A DNA stretch of 64,000 nt. Origin: a virus. Position numbers and translations under genes: made by a program. Every line of letters begins with the position of its first letter. Position 1 is the stretch's first letter. Under the pieces are notes generated by a model. The model was given only the letters and a program-made list of their open reading frames with translations, ran no database searches and was not told where the DNA came from. The stretch lies in the IMG/VR virus record IMGVR_UViG_3300034175_000063, positions 13,649 to 77,648 of that record, one strand, 5' to 3'. Of the stretch, positions 37,701 through 48,106 are shown in pieces.

Positions 37701-40700
37701 CCATCATCTGCGTGGTGAACTCGGTGGCGCCGGCCTTCTTGGCCACTGTCATCTGGGCCATGGCCATCAGCGCATCAAGCGAGTGCATGTCCTCACCACC
37801 AGCCTTCACGCCGGCCACCAGCACTGCCTGATCGTTCTCGGACAGCACACCGCTTTCGGTGCCGGTCAGCGACTTAACGAGCACGGCCACGGCTGCTTTG
37901 ATCTCTGGCTTGGCGACCAGCTTGTTGAAGTCGGCGAGGGCTTTTTCCTTGCTCTTCTTGTCGGTCTTGACGCCCAGTCCTTCTGCAACGCGCAGCTTGA
38001 AATTCGTCATGGCTGCGGTATCGCCGAAGGCAATCTTCGTTTCCCAGGCCGAACGGTACAGCATGTGACGGTGGATCTTGCTGGTCTGTGGATTGATCAT
38101 GTTCGTGGCGATACCGACACGCTGCTGCATCCAGACAGAGTGTTCAAAGTACATGGCCGCGTCACTACCGACTTCACCGACGTAGTTCATGAACCGCTCG
38201 AGCTCGCGTGCCAGGCCATCATTCTTGGCCTGCAGGGACTTGCGGCGGCTCTTGTGCACGACCTTGTTCGGGTCTTCCTGACCTGCGATCTGCAGCATGG
38301 TGTCCGGGGACACCTGGCCGGCCAGGTTGAACATGTCGGCCCGGACATAGCTCGCCTCGGCGTCATCACGACGCACCTGCTCAGCCAGCTCCGAAGGGAT
38401 GGCCATGCTGGTGTTGCGGGTGGTCTTCTGCTTCGATTCCACCGGTGACGACGACGGCGCCTTCAGTGCCGGCTCCACGCCGAACAGCTTGTCGAGGATC
38501 CCGTTCGTTCCCTTGTTGGCTTGGAAAATCGCTTCGGCCTGCTCACCGAGTTTGCCATCGGCACGGGCCAGCTTCAGGAAGTAGAACTTCGCATTGGTCT
38601 GGGTTTTGTCGCTCTTCGTCAGTTCAGCCATTTCCTGGCCGGTGATCGTGTTGCGGGTCAGGATACCCTGGTCCAGCAGCAGCTTCATGGCATGGGCACC
38701 GATCGACGCTTCCAGATCGGCCTGCAGGTTACGCGGAGCGGAAGCCAAGGATTTAAGACCAAGGGCCGCAACAATCCGCTGGCCGAGTGCATTGGCCACG
38801 ATGTTCTGACGTACGCCGATGTGCTCCAGTGCGTTGTATTCAAGCGTCGACACCGGTGCAGATTCATCCCGACCGAGGATGGCATTGATGTCTTCCTTGG
38901 TGTTGAGCTCCGGACGTGTGGCCGCTTCAGCGACCCAGCTAAATGCACCGTAGGCGATTGCCGTCATGGTGTTCTCATCGAGCTTGCCGTCGGCGTTCAT
39001 CAGGAACTGGATCGGGTCTTCAAAACCGTAGCCGGGATTGCCCTTCCGCAGGTTGGCCGTGATGTTACCGGCCCATGCCGTGGCCGTGGCCAGGAAGGTT
39101 TTCAGTACCAGCTTTTGCTCATCGCTTGGGGCTTCCTTCGACGACAGGAATTCCGACAGCTTGAAGCCTTCGGCCTTGTTCTTCCATGCCGAGAGGAAGT
39201 CGACCAGCTTAGCCAGCGGACGCTGGGTGCCGGTGTCTTCATTGCCGGCCGACTGGACGAAGTGTGCCCCGACCAGGTTCTGTTCCTGGTATGGCAGCGA
39301 GGTGTCATGTGCGACGTCGAAGACGGTGAGCGTGGTGGTCTTTTCCTTGACCTCCTGGGTCGCCGCAGCTTCAGGCGTGGCCGTCTCTGCAGCGGGCGCT
39401 GGGTTCGCTTCGCTCACCGCTGGCTGCTCGACTGCTGCCGCCTTCGCTGCTGCTTCCCGTGCCTCACGTTGGGCTTTGGATTTGGCCAGGTTGTCAGCGA
39501 CACGCTGGTCCTTGTCGTTGCCGGCCAGGACGTTTTTCTTCGGCTCGGCCGATGCCTCATTATTTGCATCTGGTGCAGATTTCTTGCGTGACTCGATCAC
39601 GTAGCCCGACTTGTCGGCTTTGCGTGTGGCCTTCAGGCTCTCACCCAGGAAGTTGTCGTATAGATACTTCTCCGCTTCCAGCGACGTGGCGAATTCCTTG
39701 CCGACGTGGACGACTTTTTCTTTCTTCTCAGACTTAGGGGGAGCTTCAGCGGTGGGGAGTTCAGCTGGTACAGCTGGACGTGCGGTGTCCTCCTCAATTT
39801 CTGGGGTACTGATATTACCGGAGGGTACATTGTCTTGCTTGGAGGATTCGGATTGTACGCCAAATTTCAAAGATGTGGCGGAATTCATTTCGGTATGGGT
39901 GGCACGCAACGCTTTCGCCTCGTTGGCGATCTCGTTGACCAGGCGCCCGGAGTTCAGGGCCAGGCCGCCGTTGGCACGGAGATCCTTTTCCTTGAAGGTG
40001 CCAGGCGGGTGGGATTCCCATTTCTTGTCCGTCTTGTTGTAGACGATCTGGGCGCCCATACCGTAGTCGGCCATGGCCTCGCGGGCGGTGGCTGCCTTGT
40101 CTTCGTGGTTGATGGCGAACGTCTCCAGCCCGGTCATGGCACGGTCGGCCGACACCTGGCTGTTCGAGGCGATCGCTGCTGCGATGCGCGAGCGGTATTG
40201 CGAGATGCCGACGTTCTTGGCAGAGCCAAACAACACCTCTTGCGACACCTTCGACTGGGTAGACAGGGCGTTCTCGGCCTGACGAGCATCGCTGAACACG
40301 CGAAGATGCGCACGCTGCGAATCCGTCAGCGAGTTGGTGGTGTCATCAGCCAGCTGCAACGCTGCTGTGTGGGACAGAGCATCCGGCTGCGACATCGACA
40401 GGTTCACCAGTCGGGTAGCAGCGGTGTTGTCGGCCGCTGCTGCGGTGACCAGCGTGCCTACTTCTTCCGGCGTGGCCACTGCCTCATTGGCGTTGACCAG
40501 TCCACCCATGAAGTTGCGGCCGGCTGAGAGCTGGCGATCCAGAGCGGACAGCACAGCACGCGACTTGCTCGCTGCCTGGGTGTCGGTGGCGTCAGCCAGC
40601 ACATCCTTCCAGCCGTCGCGGAAGTCCTGCAGTTCGGCGATCTTGACCGCATCGGTAGTCTTGGCGATCTCCGTCTCGTAGAAGCTGACCTTGGCTTTCG

Positions 40701-42078
40701 CCTCGGCGACGCTGGCCGGCGAGAAAGTATCGGCATCGTTCTGTGCCTTGGCATGCTGTTCTTCGATCTGGGACAGCAGCTCGCCGGCGCGCTTCAGGTT
40801 CTCGGCTTTGATTTCCGGGGTCGTTTCCGGACGCATGGCGTGGGCAACCAGCACACCCATGCCGCGGGAGAGGTCGTAGTCACGGCTCTTCGGATCCACG
40901 AAGCTGGTAATGTCGTTGCTGGCCACTGCAGCAGCGACCCGTTGACGAGTCTCAGCAGTGGTCACACGCTCTTGAGTTTCCTTGGCCACGGTGTTCGCGC
41001 TCTTGTGCAGCGAACCCATGCCGACGCCCATGGCAGTACCTGCCACCAGGCCGGCGCCTGCGGCATTGCCGACGCCCTTCATGTAATCTTCCTCGCCCAT
41101 GGCGATGTTCGTGAAGAACTGCTCCTGTGCCGACTGCGGGAGCTCTTCGGTCACGCCTTCAGAGAAGCCTTCCTTCCCGATCTTGGCCAGCTTCGAGCCC
41201 TTCAGCGTACGTGCACCGGTGGCGATGTCGGTTGCTGCATCACCGAACACTTTGTTCGAGACAGCACCGATGGCGGCGGTGGTAGCACCAGCGGCCAAGG
41301 CCGGCAGAGCATAGTCCTCGTATTCACGGCCAGCGGCCTGTGCCTTATCAGCGACCGTACCAGCTGCTTGAGCACCTTCAACACCTGCACCAATGGCCGA
41401 CAGGCGGAAACCAGCAGCCTCAATAGCTGCCTTTGCAGCGGCGCCACCGGCTTCAGTGCTCAGGGCAGCCGTTTCGGCCATGCCTACACGGCCGGCTGCG
41501 ATCGCAGCTTCACTGGCCAGACGTCCTTCGACGGTTGCCATGGCGGCCTTGGCCGCGATACCACGCGCGGCAGCACCGGCCACACCCATACCGGCCAGCA
41601 TGGCAGGCAGGGATTCGGTCACGGTGCCCAGGATCGAGCGAGGATTGGCCAGCGAGGTCAGCACGGTGTCGCTGAAGCCTTCGGCTTCGGCTACCTTCTG
41701 ATCGGAAGCTTTCTGTGCAGCACTCAGGTGTTCACCCAACGCTTCGTTGGTGGCAGCTGGATCGTAGCCGATGGCACGCATACCCTCGCCGACGGCACCA
41801 CCAGTGGCCAAACTACCCAGGCCAACCACCGAAGCACCCAGGTTCACCACACCTTGACCCAGCTTGATGCCGACGTCACCGACCGTACCCACCAGGTCAG
41901 TTTGACGAACTTCCGGGTTGGCGTTACGCAGCATCCGCTCTTTGAGCGAAGTCTGGTACACCGAGTCCAGTGCAGCCATCTTGGTCTGACGGGCAGCAGT
42001 AATCTCGGCCATCTTCTGGTCGAGCAGTTCTTCGCTGGCTTTAGGCGCAGATGGGCTGGTGTAGACTGGATTGGTCAT
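31708..42078 (-). CDS. virion-encapsidated RNA polymerase (N4 gp50-like), 3456 aa
   Basis: Size, position, motifs INPQTSKIHR, EVDGVTNGP, RNIIKTPLTAMVFG, NIHDA; no Cys seen; AGGA SD before ATG 42078. Confidence 0.95.
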   Translation of the reverse strand: MTNPVYTSPSAPKASEELLDQKMAEITAARQTKMAALDSVYQTSLKERMLRNANPEVRQTDLVGTVGDVGIKLGQGVVNLGASVVGLGSLATGGAVGEGMRAIGYDPAATNEALGEHLSAAQKASDQKVAEAEGFSDTVLTSLANPRSILGTVTESLPAMLAGMGVAGAAARGIAAKAAMATVEGRLASEAAIAAGRVGMAETAALSTEAGGAAAKAAIEAAGFRLSAIGAGVEGAQAAGTVADKAQAAGREYEDYALPALAAGATTAAIGAVSNKVFGDAATDIATGARTLKGSKLAKIGKEGFSEGVTEELPQSAQEQFFTNIAMGEEDYMKGVGNAAGAGLVAGTAMGVGMGSLHKSANTVAKETQERVTTAETRQRVAAAVASNDITSFVDPKSRDYDLSRGMGVLVAHAMRPETTPEIKAENLKRAGELLSQIEEQHAKAQNDADTFSPASVAEAKAKVSFYETEIAKTTDAVKIAELQDFRDGWKDVLADATDTQAASKSRAVLSALDRQLSAGRNFMGGLVNANEAVATPEEVGTLVTAAAADNTAATRLVNLSMSQPDALSHTAALQLADDTTNSLTDSQRAHLRVFSDARQAENALSTQSKVSQEVLFGSAKNVGISQYRSRIAAAIASNSQVSADRAMTGLETFAINHEDKAATAREAMADYGMGAQIVYNKTDKKWESHPPGTFKEKDLRANGGLALNSGRLVNEIANEAKALRATHTEMNSATSLKFGVQSESSKQDNVPSGNISTPEIEEDTARPAVPAELPTAEAPPKSEKKEKVVHVGKEFATSLEAEKYLYDNFLGESLKATRKADKSGYVIESRKKSAPDANNEASAEPKKNVLAGNDKDQRVADNLAKSKAQREAREAAAKAAAVEQPAVSEANPAPAAETATPEAAATQEVKEKTTTLTVFDVAHDTSLPYQEQNLVGAHFVQSAGNEDTGTQRPLAKLVDFLSAWKNKAEGFKLSEFLSSKEAPSDEQKLVLKTFLATATAWAGNITANLRKGNPGYGFEDPIQFLMNADGKLDENTMTAIAYGAFSWVAEAATRPELNTKEDINAILGRDESAPVSTLEYNALEHIGVRQNIVANALGQRIVAALGLKSLASAPRNLQADLEASIGAHAMKLLLDQGILTRNTITGQEMAELTKSDKTQTNAKFYFLKLARADGKLGEQAEAIFQANKGTNGILDKLFGVEPALKAPSSSPVESKQKTTRNTSMAIPSELAEQVRRDDAEASYVRADMFNLAGQVSPDTMLQIAGQEDPNKVVHKSRRKSLQAKNDGLARELERFMNYVGEVGSDAAMYFEHSVWMQQRVGIATNMINPQTSKIHRHMLYRSAWETKIAFGDTAAMTNFKLRVAEGLGVKTDKKSKEKALADFNKLVAKPEIKAAVAVLVKSLTGTESGVLSENDQAVLVAGVKAGGEDMHSLDALMAMAQMTVAKKAGATEFTTQMMAEVDGVTNGPMLSHLLLGAANTVKEMYALLNRGGFFEQGNDHIEYNTWRDAPENFDLYENTALHMTQAINAANLDPELMASIYAFTGELADSKGVVQKAGRNIIKTPLTAMVFGSSVNNAVDSMADNFVDSIYTAIEEGEMTPGEILLHLEVMGVRLPTNIDLMEHEFTSQQIKTLKGAFKDSLGVAVEETMKQDFEVFIAQRTEFNKTAQLTFEVYNAVYQGMREEMITQLVADGKMAVNPKTGVPIHDLTNAQEVELRKQTAALLPVMNTPMSQESKDLEAGIMVAKAERKLSDKDTYQNVVKFGQPFEDGSKSTQVHGYETTPAGPGVAMVPVSMHSADSAISVRANVDGQALNIHDAQGHGVGGIVETARRMNEATWDTMLNYSPANEVKNALLRTVRGLNAMLAAGKVSDATMAKLAKSLVTFAEKHDVPPEGVLYLQAELAQSMAYRADSMKLDTMSTMTAVNQYAMEGGAFAVESSHRSSAASLRSALEVGVSDVDRSALTSVSDKLEAAIKAEMASRPAKEKKGAAKADPEMETKPVNANPVAQLGKPLGRYDPKLTAAFKAKPNQTVKEVVALLRKTMKDDFSMKLLSQLERTVAGNMVVKYITKDTVPADLIHHEISQNARGMYINVADGIENQAIYVMSDDFVYSGLDNEVLLHEMVHAALVQTTRAEQAIRDGEIINNEGEKPAKPYTSDALKLVEELEALMEMAKQYVASSESPDRIAYYSRVFENLDEFIAYGMTNAEFQNDVMAAISYTSKTGGNRLITAMAAFIDKITALFFGRPNAAMSSGMTTFLSNVSGLFEQAAQQNKPAAAGPVTLAISTPGAANVRDLSTLDIYAALAQSNNGAQISAEHSTHLQGLLSTLVKSVYGPFGSFKAALMEQTAQDPLDVYADALSTGVAPFASESLAAGFGFTDQEAFVLEQVEATMRTALSHNDGVMTVAYKEMTRLYNEVRAKLTVESFHKGDWTTATQIEKDQAKALYDFVFAIKQDATGKSDYMSRFAALGLVHSGFREQLQFHTATGATNNPSMGFNERLNKIFNTIMSWVAGRLTKTFRGQMADKKLNALVKQMVEIEAKRHNRITSGASQTLNRIADTAEDMSDSVRAAVEAFGKKPFFQNSGNAFVKLGGNVMSAVAGDRVDAIMDAYLRLRDKTMTGQLGVAASLMNEVRGATDMNKVYHFLLRGTKHLEGIRKDTISNISKAVSGSFVNAGEDLTDDQKKALTAVVLRGDMQSLLGTYTVAQLQNLVNSTSDLQTEIDSHEAQLVAGGKMNRFYINSAKGLGYFMATSRVATAHQLMNAGNIARLYGTGMSVTPAQALAAAPIIDRLASLYALKYASRVDMKMLSEVFAAEAARTDGGHGIEMIMKTHTALQAESKDKLFSDSEALQMKGYVPEIYDPYMTVVMATDDEGIELVKKGYTAMPGYLPRDAADPVSDQKRIYSLRDGGLKQWNSGIISTTDSKAKGSQVITGAHPVSVAGQQNAMNMAAIRIGKRPAIQSMFTGTGFDPTAVKEAHMAPVLNPNGDVTNYRYMMSNVVKDKLLNRDNRTDHLLGSMAGNTFDKVASKVQNANAIKALHEQYKLDFADHPEAYLQVGPTSADPQLREIWDMLPRDTQQLAKSLFGKDGMLVRNDILDMNFGYRKLSIGTVFEKEKAQRSFVENMFVEIMSYAFKDKAQLRARQSEDIWQAIVKETKANLVVKSWSTMTGNLRSNWSQLFLMGVSPKQIFDSHRVAFKSAWEYKQDNAKLFALKHQQTIGHFEPGMNASKAAYLIQRLEDSLARNPIRPLIDAGLMPTIVEDVGVDEDIYSYKSRFDEKVDGFIEGVNPHILKGVQLLTMHHSTAPYKMMSYATQISDFLARYTLYQHDVKSMTHEQAVQRASEAFINYDVPTHRKIQYANDTGLIMFSKYYVRIQKVLARIYKDSPGRVLALMAAEHMLGDQPTVMDSSFIHHFGNPFNAGALSYFGSLDSVTTVGLLTGPFTTAVYNGQ

Positions 42079-42156
42079 GGTATTCCTGGTTGATTCGGGT
42101 GAGAGCCCATTATATACAAGTTGCACTGGGTCAAGTAGTCTTGACCCAGATTTACT

Positions 42157-43671
42157 TTACAAACCGGCTTCTTTTCGTGCTTCGCGGACTTGCTTCTGCT
42201 GTGCACGGGTCAAGACGCCGGATTCTTCCTTGTCGTCGATCCAGTTGAGAGCCTTCTGGATATCAGCACGCGGAGCACCACGCTTGAGCATGCCGACGGT
42301 GGCATCGAAGTTCTCGGTGACATCCGCAACACGGGCAGCCTGTGCTTGTTCACGGCGGTTCGGGTTCGAGCCAGCAGCCATGTCGGCCTTCAGCTTGAAC
42401 TCGTTGACTACCGCGTCCTTGCGACGCTGCTCTTCCACCGATGCCTGACGCAGCCGGGCCTCACGGTCCACTGGGGCCGGTTGTACCGGGGCTGCTGGCT
42501 GTGCCGGCGCCGCTTCTGCTGGTGCAGCTGCTGGACGATTGCCACGGAGGTTGCCATACAGACCAGCCTCGTTTACCTTCATCCGGTCACGGAGGCGGCC
42601 GGCTTGGCCTTCCAGGGCCAGGCTTCGTGCTTCCAAGGCTTTCGCCTGCAGAGCCGAACCACCCGACAACGCATCAGCAGTGTCGTTGACTTCACCACGA
42701 ATGTGGCTGTCACTGCGCCACCAGCGTTGGTATGTACCCATCACCGAGGAGAGCGCATCCGACGTCAGCATGTTCGGATTTTTGATCTTCATTTCGTTGA
42801 AGGCCAAATAGGCAGAACGCTTGGCGGCCGCATCCGTCATTTTACCGATCTCATCGACGATAACCTTGGTGCCTTCAGCCGATGCAGCCGACATCTTCGA
42901 CACTTCACCGATCTTGGAGATCGTTTCACCGTACAGCTGCTCCAGCTTGTTCTGCTGGTCGAGTGCCTGGGTACGCTGATTCAAAGCCAGATTGCCTTGA
43001 GCGATACGCACCTGTGCCGAAGAGTTGGCCAACTGCCCTTCAGCCATACGTTGACCGTGTGCCATGTTCTTCAGGTTGGCTTCATGCGTCGACTGGCTGC
43101 GGACCCAGCCCTTCTTCTCTTCGTCCCACACCTGATCTTCATGGGTGTTGGTACGCAGGAATCCTTCCAGCTCGGAGCCGTGCTTGCCGCCCAAGGCAGC
43201 GTACTCAGCACGATACTTCTCGATGAGCTCAGGATTCTTGGCTTGCACCGCCGACTTGAACTTGTCCATGACCGGTGCGGTCTTCTCGTTCAGCATGGCG
43301 TTGTTGAAGTCGACACCCATCTTGACCTGCTTGTAACGCGAGTCGAGCAAGCCTTCCGCGGCGCCGCGCACCTGATCATGATTGATGGCGTTGCCATAGC
43401 CGGCCTTGAGCTGGTCTACTGCACCACTGGCGATCGCTGCCTGCAGTTCTTCCGGCGTCTTGCCCAGCTGACCCAGCTTGTTCAGGAAATCCTGGGTGTT
43501 GTTGGTCTTGATGGCCACGTCATTCTTGGCCTGGATGTCTTCGCTCTTGCCGATCTGCGCTTGCACGCCGTCGAAGGCACCATTCAGGCTGCGTTGGGCC
43601 GAGTCCATTGCACGCCAGGCGGTACTTGCATCCGCCTGATTTACGTTCTGCCAAGTAATTGGTTGACCCAT
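42157..43671 (-). CDS. virion/ejection protein (N4 gp51-like)
   Basis: PITWQNV N-terminus, helical; position next to vRNAP. Confidence 0.7.
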   Translation of the reverse strand: MGQPITWQNVNQADASTAWRAMDSAQRSLNGAFDGVQAQIGKSEDIQAKNDVAIKTNNTQDFLNKLGQLGKTPEELQAAIASGAVDQLKAGYGNAINHDQVRGAAEGLLDSRYKQVKMGVDFNNAMLNEKTAPVMDKFKSAVQAKNPELIEKYRAEYAALGGKHGSELEGFLRTNTHEDQVWDEEKKGWVRSQSTHEANLKNMAHGQRMAEGQLANSSAQVRIAQGNLALNQRTQALDQQNKLEQLYGETISKIGEVSKMSAASAEGTKVIVDEIGKMTDAAAKRSAYLAFNEMKIKNPNMLTSDALSSVMGTYQRWWRSDSHIRGEVNDTADALSGGSALQAKALEARSLALEGQAGRLRDRMKVNEAGLYGNLRGNRPAAAPAEAAPAQPAAPVQPAPVDREARLRQASVEEQRRKDAVVNEFKLKADMAAGSNPNRREQAQAARVADVTENFDATVGMLKRGAPRADIQKALNWIDDKEESGVLTRAQQKQVREARKEAGL

Positions 43672-43672
43672 A

Positions 43673-44143
43673 TTAGATCCCGTTCTTCTTCATGTAGTCG
43701 CCGACCGACTGGTAGGCGCTTGGATTGCTGGCCACGCGGGCTCGCTGGCGGTCTTCGAGCTGCGAGTTCACGGTTTTCTGCTGGGCACCGAAGTTCAGTT
43801 CAAACTGCTTCTTCGATTGGGCCAGCTGATCCTTGGCCAGGCCATACTGCTTCATACCCATCCAGGCGTTGCCCAGTCCTTGCAGCACGCCGATGGCCGT
43901 GCCGCCCCAGCCTTGGGTGGTGACACCGTTCTCGGTCGAGCCAAGGAAACCGGAGTCCTTGCCCCAGCTCTTGAGGCTGTCGAACATGCCACCACCGCCA
44001 CCGATCGTGCCATTGCCCGACGAAGCGAAGTCGATGCCGGCCAGTGCCGGATTTTGCAGCGATCCCAGGTAATCAGTACCGCCGAATTGCGATTGTTGGA
44101 ATACTGGCGACGTGCCACCATTCCACAAATTAGGTGTTCCCAT
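43673..44143 (-). CDS. virion protein (N4 gp52-like)
   Basis: GWGG.A.G...G.G....GMKQYGLAK..L, N.QLEDRQRARVASN..AYQSV..YM. Confidence 0.8.
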   Translation of the reverse strand: MGTPNLWNGGTSPVFQQSQFGGTDYLGSLQNPALAGIDFASSGNGTIGGGGGMFDSLKSWGKDSGFLGSTENGVTTQGWGGTAIGVLQGLGNAWMGMKQYGLAKDQLAQSKKQFELNFGAQQKTVNSQLEDRQRARVASNPSAYQSVGDYMKKNGI

Positions 44144-46376
44144 AAAAATTTTCTCCTAGAGTTTGTGTGAGGGTAGGCAGTGTGAGCTGAACATCGCAAT
44201 ACGACGAGATCGCATCATTACCAATAGGCCCAATGTTACCGGAATGCACGGTTCGTTGATAGAAGTCATGAGCGGTTTCACCGAAAATAATGATCGGATC
44301 TACACGAATACTGCCATTTAGGAGGGCTTGAGCATCCTTCAACCGCTGTTCTTCGTGAGTCACGAAGGTTTTGAATGACTCAGCTTCCTTCTGGAGCAGC
44401 TCCATCGAGTTCTGGACGTTCTCCTGGATACCCGAGGTGATGCCTGTGCTCAGCTGCAGCAACTCCGATGCCCACGGCGCTCCGGCGATCGACCCTGCAT
44501 CAAATGCCTGGTAGGCGCCGTACAGCGCAGCGATGATGGCCACGATGATGGCGATCTTGATGCCTACCGCTTTCACGAACAGCTTGATGATGTACGCCAT
44601 CAGCAACTGCTGGAGGATCTTCATCAGGATTGCGTAGACCACCGCTAGGATGGCCGCCGTTGTACCGATGGCCACCGCCGCAATGAGCAGTTTGATGGTC
44701 GAACCCCACGACAGAATGGTGATGATGATGGCCACAATGATCATCAGGTACTTGAACCAGCCCTGCTGATACCACTTGATCTCTTGGACCACCCGGCTGT
44801 TGAAAATGTAATGCAACGACCGGGCGTACAGCGTCTCACGTTGGGGGATCGAGTAATGCATGGTGATCGACCGATCAATCGGGATCAGCAGGAACTCATC
44901 GTTCTCATCAGCGGTCACGTTGTATTCGTTGTAAATATGGTACACCTGACGTAGGTTGATGATCCGCACCTCTTCGTACACGGTCGCCGAGATCTGCTTC
45001 CGATAGAAGTGGTACTTCACCTTGGTCGTCCACGTCTCCGGCAGACCGGTCTGGGCATTCTTGCCCGTCTCAACCTGGTCCTCATTGCCCCACCCCATCG
45101 CATAGGTGCCGACGGCGCCGATGTTACCCGGCGTCTTCACCTTGAAAATGTTCCGGAAACCGAGGCCCATCTTGAACTTGGCATCCTGGATGATCGTTTG
45201 AGCATCGAATACGGAGCTATCGAGCGCCTTCCAGATGAATCCATCTGGCTTCTTCACGATCGGCTTCAGCGTTCCACCGGTGACAGCATACTGGGCCGAG
45301 AAATACTCGAACAGGTAGCGCATCTCCAGCTGCTCTGTCGTCACGGCCGGCACGCACATCATCATCATGGCTTGCTCGATGTGCTGGATGTCCGGGTTCT
45401 CGTGGATCGCGTCCGTCACATCCTGATAGTTCATGTTCAGGTACTTGGCCAGCTTCACGCTGGTCTTGTACTGGGCCGATTCCTTGTCGACGTCGACACG
45501 CTCCTTGTTGAACCGGAAGTAAAGCCAAGGGAAATAGCTGCCCGTGTTCTCATACGTCGGCTTGTACATCACGTCGATGGTCGGGTGACCGCCCGAATCA
45601 TCCTGGTATGACCAGTACGCCGGCACGCCGTTGCGGGTGTACTTCACCTGGTAGTAGCTGGCCGAGTCATCGACAGCTGCGATCGTGATGTTGAACTTGT
45701 CGGTCTGCACCACGCCGGCCGCGTCCGTCCAGCAGTATTCCACCCGCAGGTAGTCGCTGTTCACGGTCGCATCGACCTCGAATGGGCTCACCATGCGAAG
45801 CTTGCCGGTTTCCCAAGTCTGTCCTGGACGATCGGGGCTCGGGCCGGCCGACGGCTGGATGCCCCACTGGGACAGCGAACCATTCTCCATTTCGGCCAAG
45901 GTGGCATCAGCCACCACGACGATCATGTCCTTCAGGAAGACTGGCCGGCCTTTGGCCGTGCTCAAGGCACCCAGCTGATTGGTGATCGGGTTATACCCGT
46001 GCACCGCCATGAGCTGTGTCCAACCGTAATGCAGGTTGTTGAAGGCGCCGTAGTGGAAGTAATCCACGGTCACCGGGCCACCGGCCGCGGCTTCGATGAT
46101 GCCCATCACCACTGGCTTGCTGGTCTGGGTGCTCACGTTGGTCGCCTTCGGCAAACCATTGACGTAAGCACGCTTGCCATATTCGTAGTACCGATGCGCA
46201 CGCAGGCCAATAGCCGAGGTCAGCTCCTCCATGGCGTGTTCGATCATCTGCTCGTCCGATTCCACCAGCGATTTCATCGCTCCGGTGAGAATCGAATCCG
46301 GCAGGGCACTATCCTCAATCACTCGTGTGATGGACGTGGCCACGTATGTCTTGTACTTGCTGCTGAATAAACCCAC
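44130..46376 (-). CDS. N4 gp53-like structural protein with C-terminal TM segments
   Basis: MGLFSSK start, KWYQQGWF followed by hydrophobic helices; synteny. Confidence 0.78.
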   Translation of the reverse strand: MGLFSSKYKTYVATSITRVIEDSALPDSILTGAMKSLVESDEQMIEHAMEELTSAIGLRAHRYYEYGKRAYVNGLPKATNVSTQTSKPVVMGIIEAAAGGPVTVDYFHYGAFNNLHYGWTQLMAVHGYNPITNQLGALSTAKGRPVFLKDMIVVVADATLAEMENGSLSQWGIQPSAGPSPDRPGQTWETGKLRMVSPFEVDATVNSDYLRVEYCWTDAAGVVQTDKFNITIAAVDDSASYYQVKYTRNGVPAYWSYQDDSGGHPTIDVMYKPTYENTGSYFPWLYFRFNKERVDVDKESAQYKTSVKLAKYLNMNYQDVTDAIHENPDIQHIEQAMMMMCVPAVTTEQLEMRYLFEYFSAQYAVTGGTLKPIVKKPDGFIWKALDSSVFDAQTIIQDAKFKMGLGFRNIFKVKTPGNIGAVGTYAMGWGNEDQVETGKNAQTGLPETWTTKVKYHFYRKQISATVYEEVRIINLRQVYHIYNEYNVTADENDEFLLIPIDRSITMHYSIPQRETLYARSLHYIFNSRVVQEIKWYQQGWFKYLMIIVAIIITILSWGSTIKLLIAAVAIGTTAAILAVVYAILMKILQQLLMAYIIKLFVKAVGIKIAIIVAIIAALYGAYQAFDAGSIAGAPWASELLQLSTGITSGIQENVQNSMELLQKEAESFKTFVTHEEQRLKDAQALLNGSIRVDPIIIFGETAHDFYQRTVHSGNIGPIGNDAISSYCDVQLTLPTLTQTLGENFYGNT

Positions 46377-46392
46377 GACATCTCCTGCAGAT

Positions 46393-46422
46393 AAAAAGAA
46401 GGGGGACCACTCGGCCCCCCTT
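46393..46422 (-). terminator. intrinsic terminator after gp54-like gene
   Basis: AAGGGGG/CCCCCTT stem with a T-run on the minus strand. Confidence 0.6.
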
Positions 46423-46439
46423 GTCTGGTGTGACGCTAG

Positions 46440-47189
46440 TTAGGCGCCGACACCGATGAGCAGCTTGTTCACTGCTCGGCCCACCGCCGAGTCGTTCAGC
46501 ATGTTGGTGTTGTCGGCCACCGTGGCTTCGTCCGTCATTCGACGTGCATTCCAGGTGTCGACCATCACCTTCGCTGCTTTCTGCTCAGCGTCGCGCGTGA
46601 AGCCCTCGGTCTGAGCGGTGTACAGCGCCTTCTGCTTGCCGATCACGCTGTTGGCATCCACACCGAGCTCCAGTACCTGGGCCTTTTCGGTTGCCGTCTT
46701 CTGAATCAGCAGCTGGATCTCAGCCGTGGTCTTCAGGTTGGTGTTCACCAGCAGGTCATACTCAGCTTCGAGCTTGCACTTCTGGGCCGTCAGGACCGTA
46801 CCTTCGATGACCGAGTTCAGCGTTTGCTGGGTGGTCAGCGCGGTTTGTGCCGTGATCTGCAACACTTCAGCTGCGATCTTGGCCTTGCCGGCTTCGAGGA
46901 TTTCACGCTCGATATTCGCCTTCAGCACTTCGACTTCGGCCAGGATAATTTGCTGGGCGAGCAGTTGAGCTTGCAGGGCAACTTGACGCTTCTGTACCAC
47001 GAAGGCCATCGAGTTGGCCAGAACCTGGTCCAACGCACCCAGATAGACCGTGGCGTATTCTGGACCCTTGATCCGACCCTTGTTGAATTCGAGTTCCAGA
47101 TGGGACTTCATCGAAGCCATCAGTTTGTCGAACACGCCATCCCCGGAGGGGAGGCCAGTGGTCAGTTCAGTGAGTGGAATTTCAGTCAT
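46440..47189 (-). CDS. N4 gp54-like structural protein
   Basis: G.GVFDKLM.S...HL..EF.KGRI.G.EYA.VY, IGKQKALY..Q..GF.RDAEQK. Confidence 0.82.
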   Translation of the reverse strand: MTEIPLTELTTGLPSGDGVFDKLMASMKSHLELEFNKGRIKGPEYATVYLGALDQVLANSMAFVVQKRQVALQAQLLAQQIILAEVEVLKANIEREILEAGKAKIAAEVLQITAQTALTTQQTLNSVIEGTVLTAQKCKLEAEYDLLVNTNLKTTAEIQLLIQKTATEKAQVLELGVDANSVIGKQKALYTAQTEGFTRDAEQKAAKVMVDTWNARRMTDEATVADNTNMLNDSAVGRAVNKLLIGVGA

Positions 47190-47221
47190 GTTCTATCCGA
47201 GTGAGTTGAGTAGACCGACGC

Positions 47222-48025
<804 letters not shown>

Positions 48026-48074
48026 GATGGTCCTATGAATGAGGTTCAGCGTTGTTCGTTGAGACTGAGTTCAG

Positions 48075-48098
48075 AAAAGGGAGGGGTTTCCCCCTCCC
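48075..48098 (-). terminator. intrinsic terminator after major capsid gene
   Basis: GGGAGGGG/CCCCTCCC stem followed by TTTT on the minus strand. Confidence 0.75.
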
Positions 48099-48106
48099 CC
48101 TGGCTA

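Noticed and set aside
31621-43923. Long plus-strand ORFs opposite vRNAP and gp51 (e.g. 33130-35091, 36250-37617, 42190-43923)
   Set aside because: Antisense shadows with no motifs or SD, lying opposite well-supported genes
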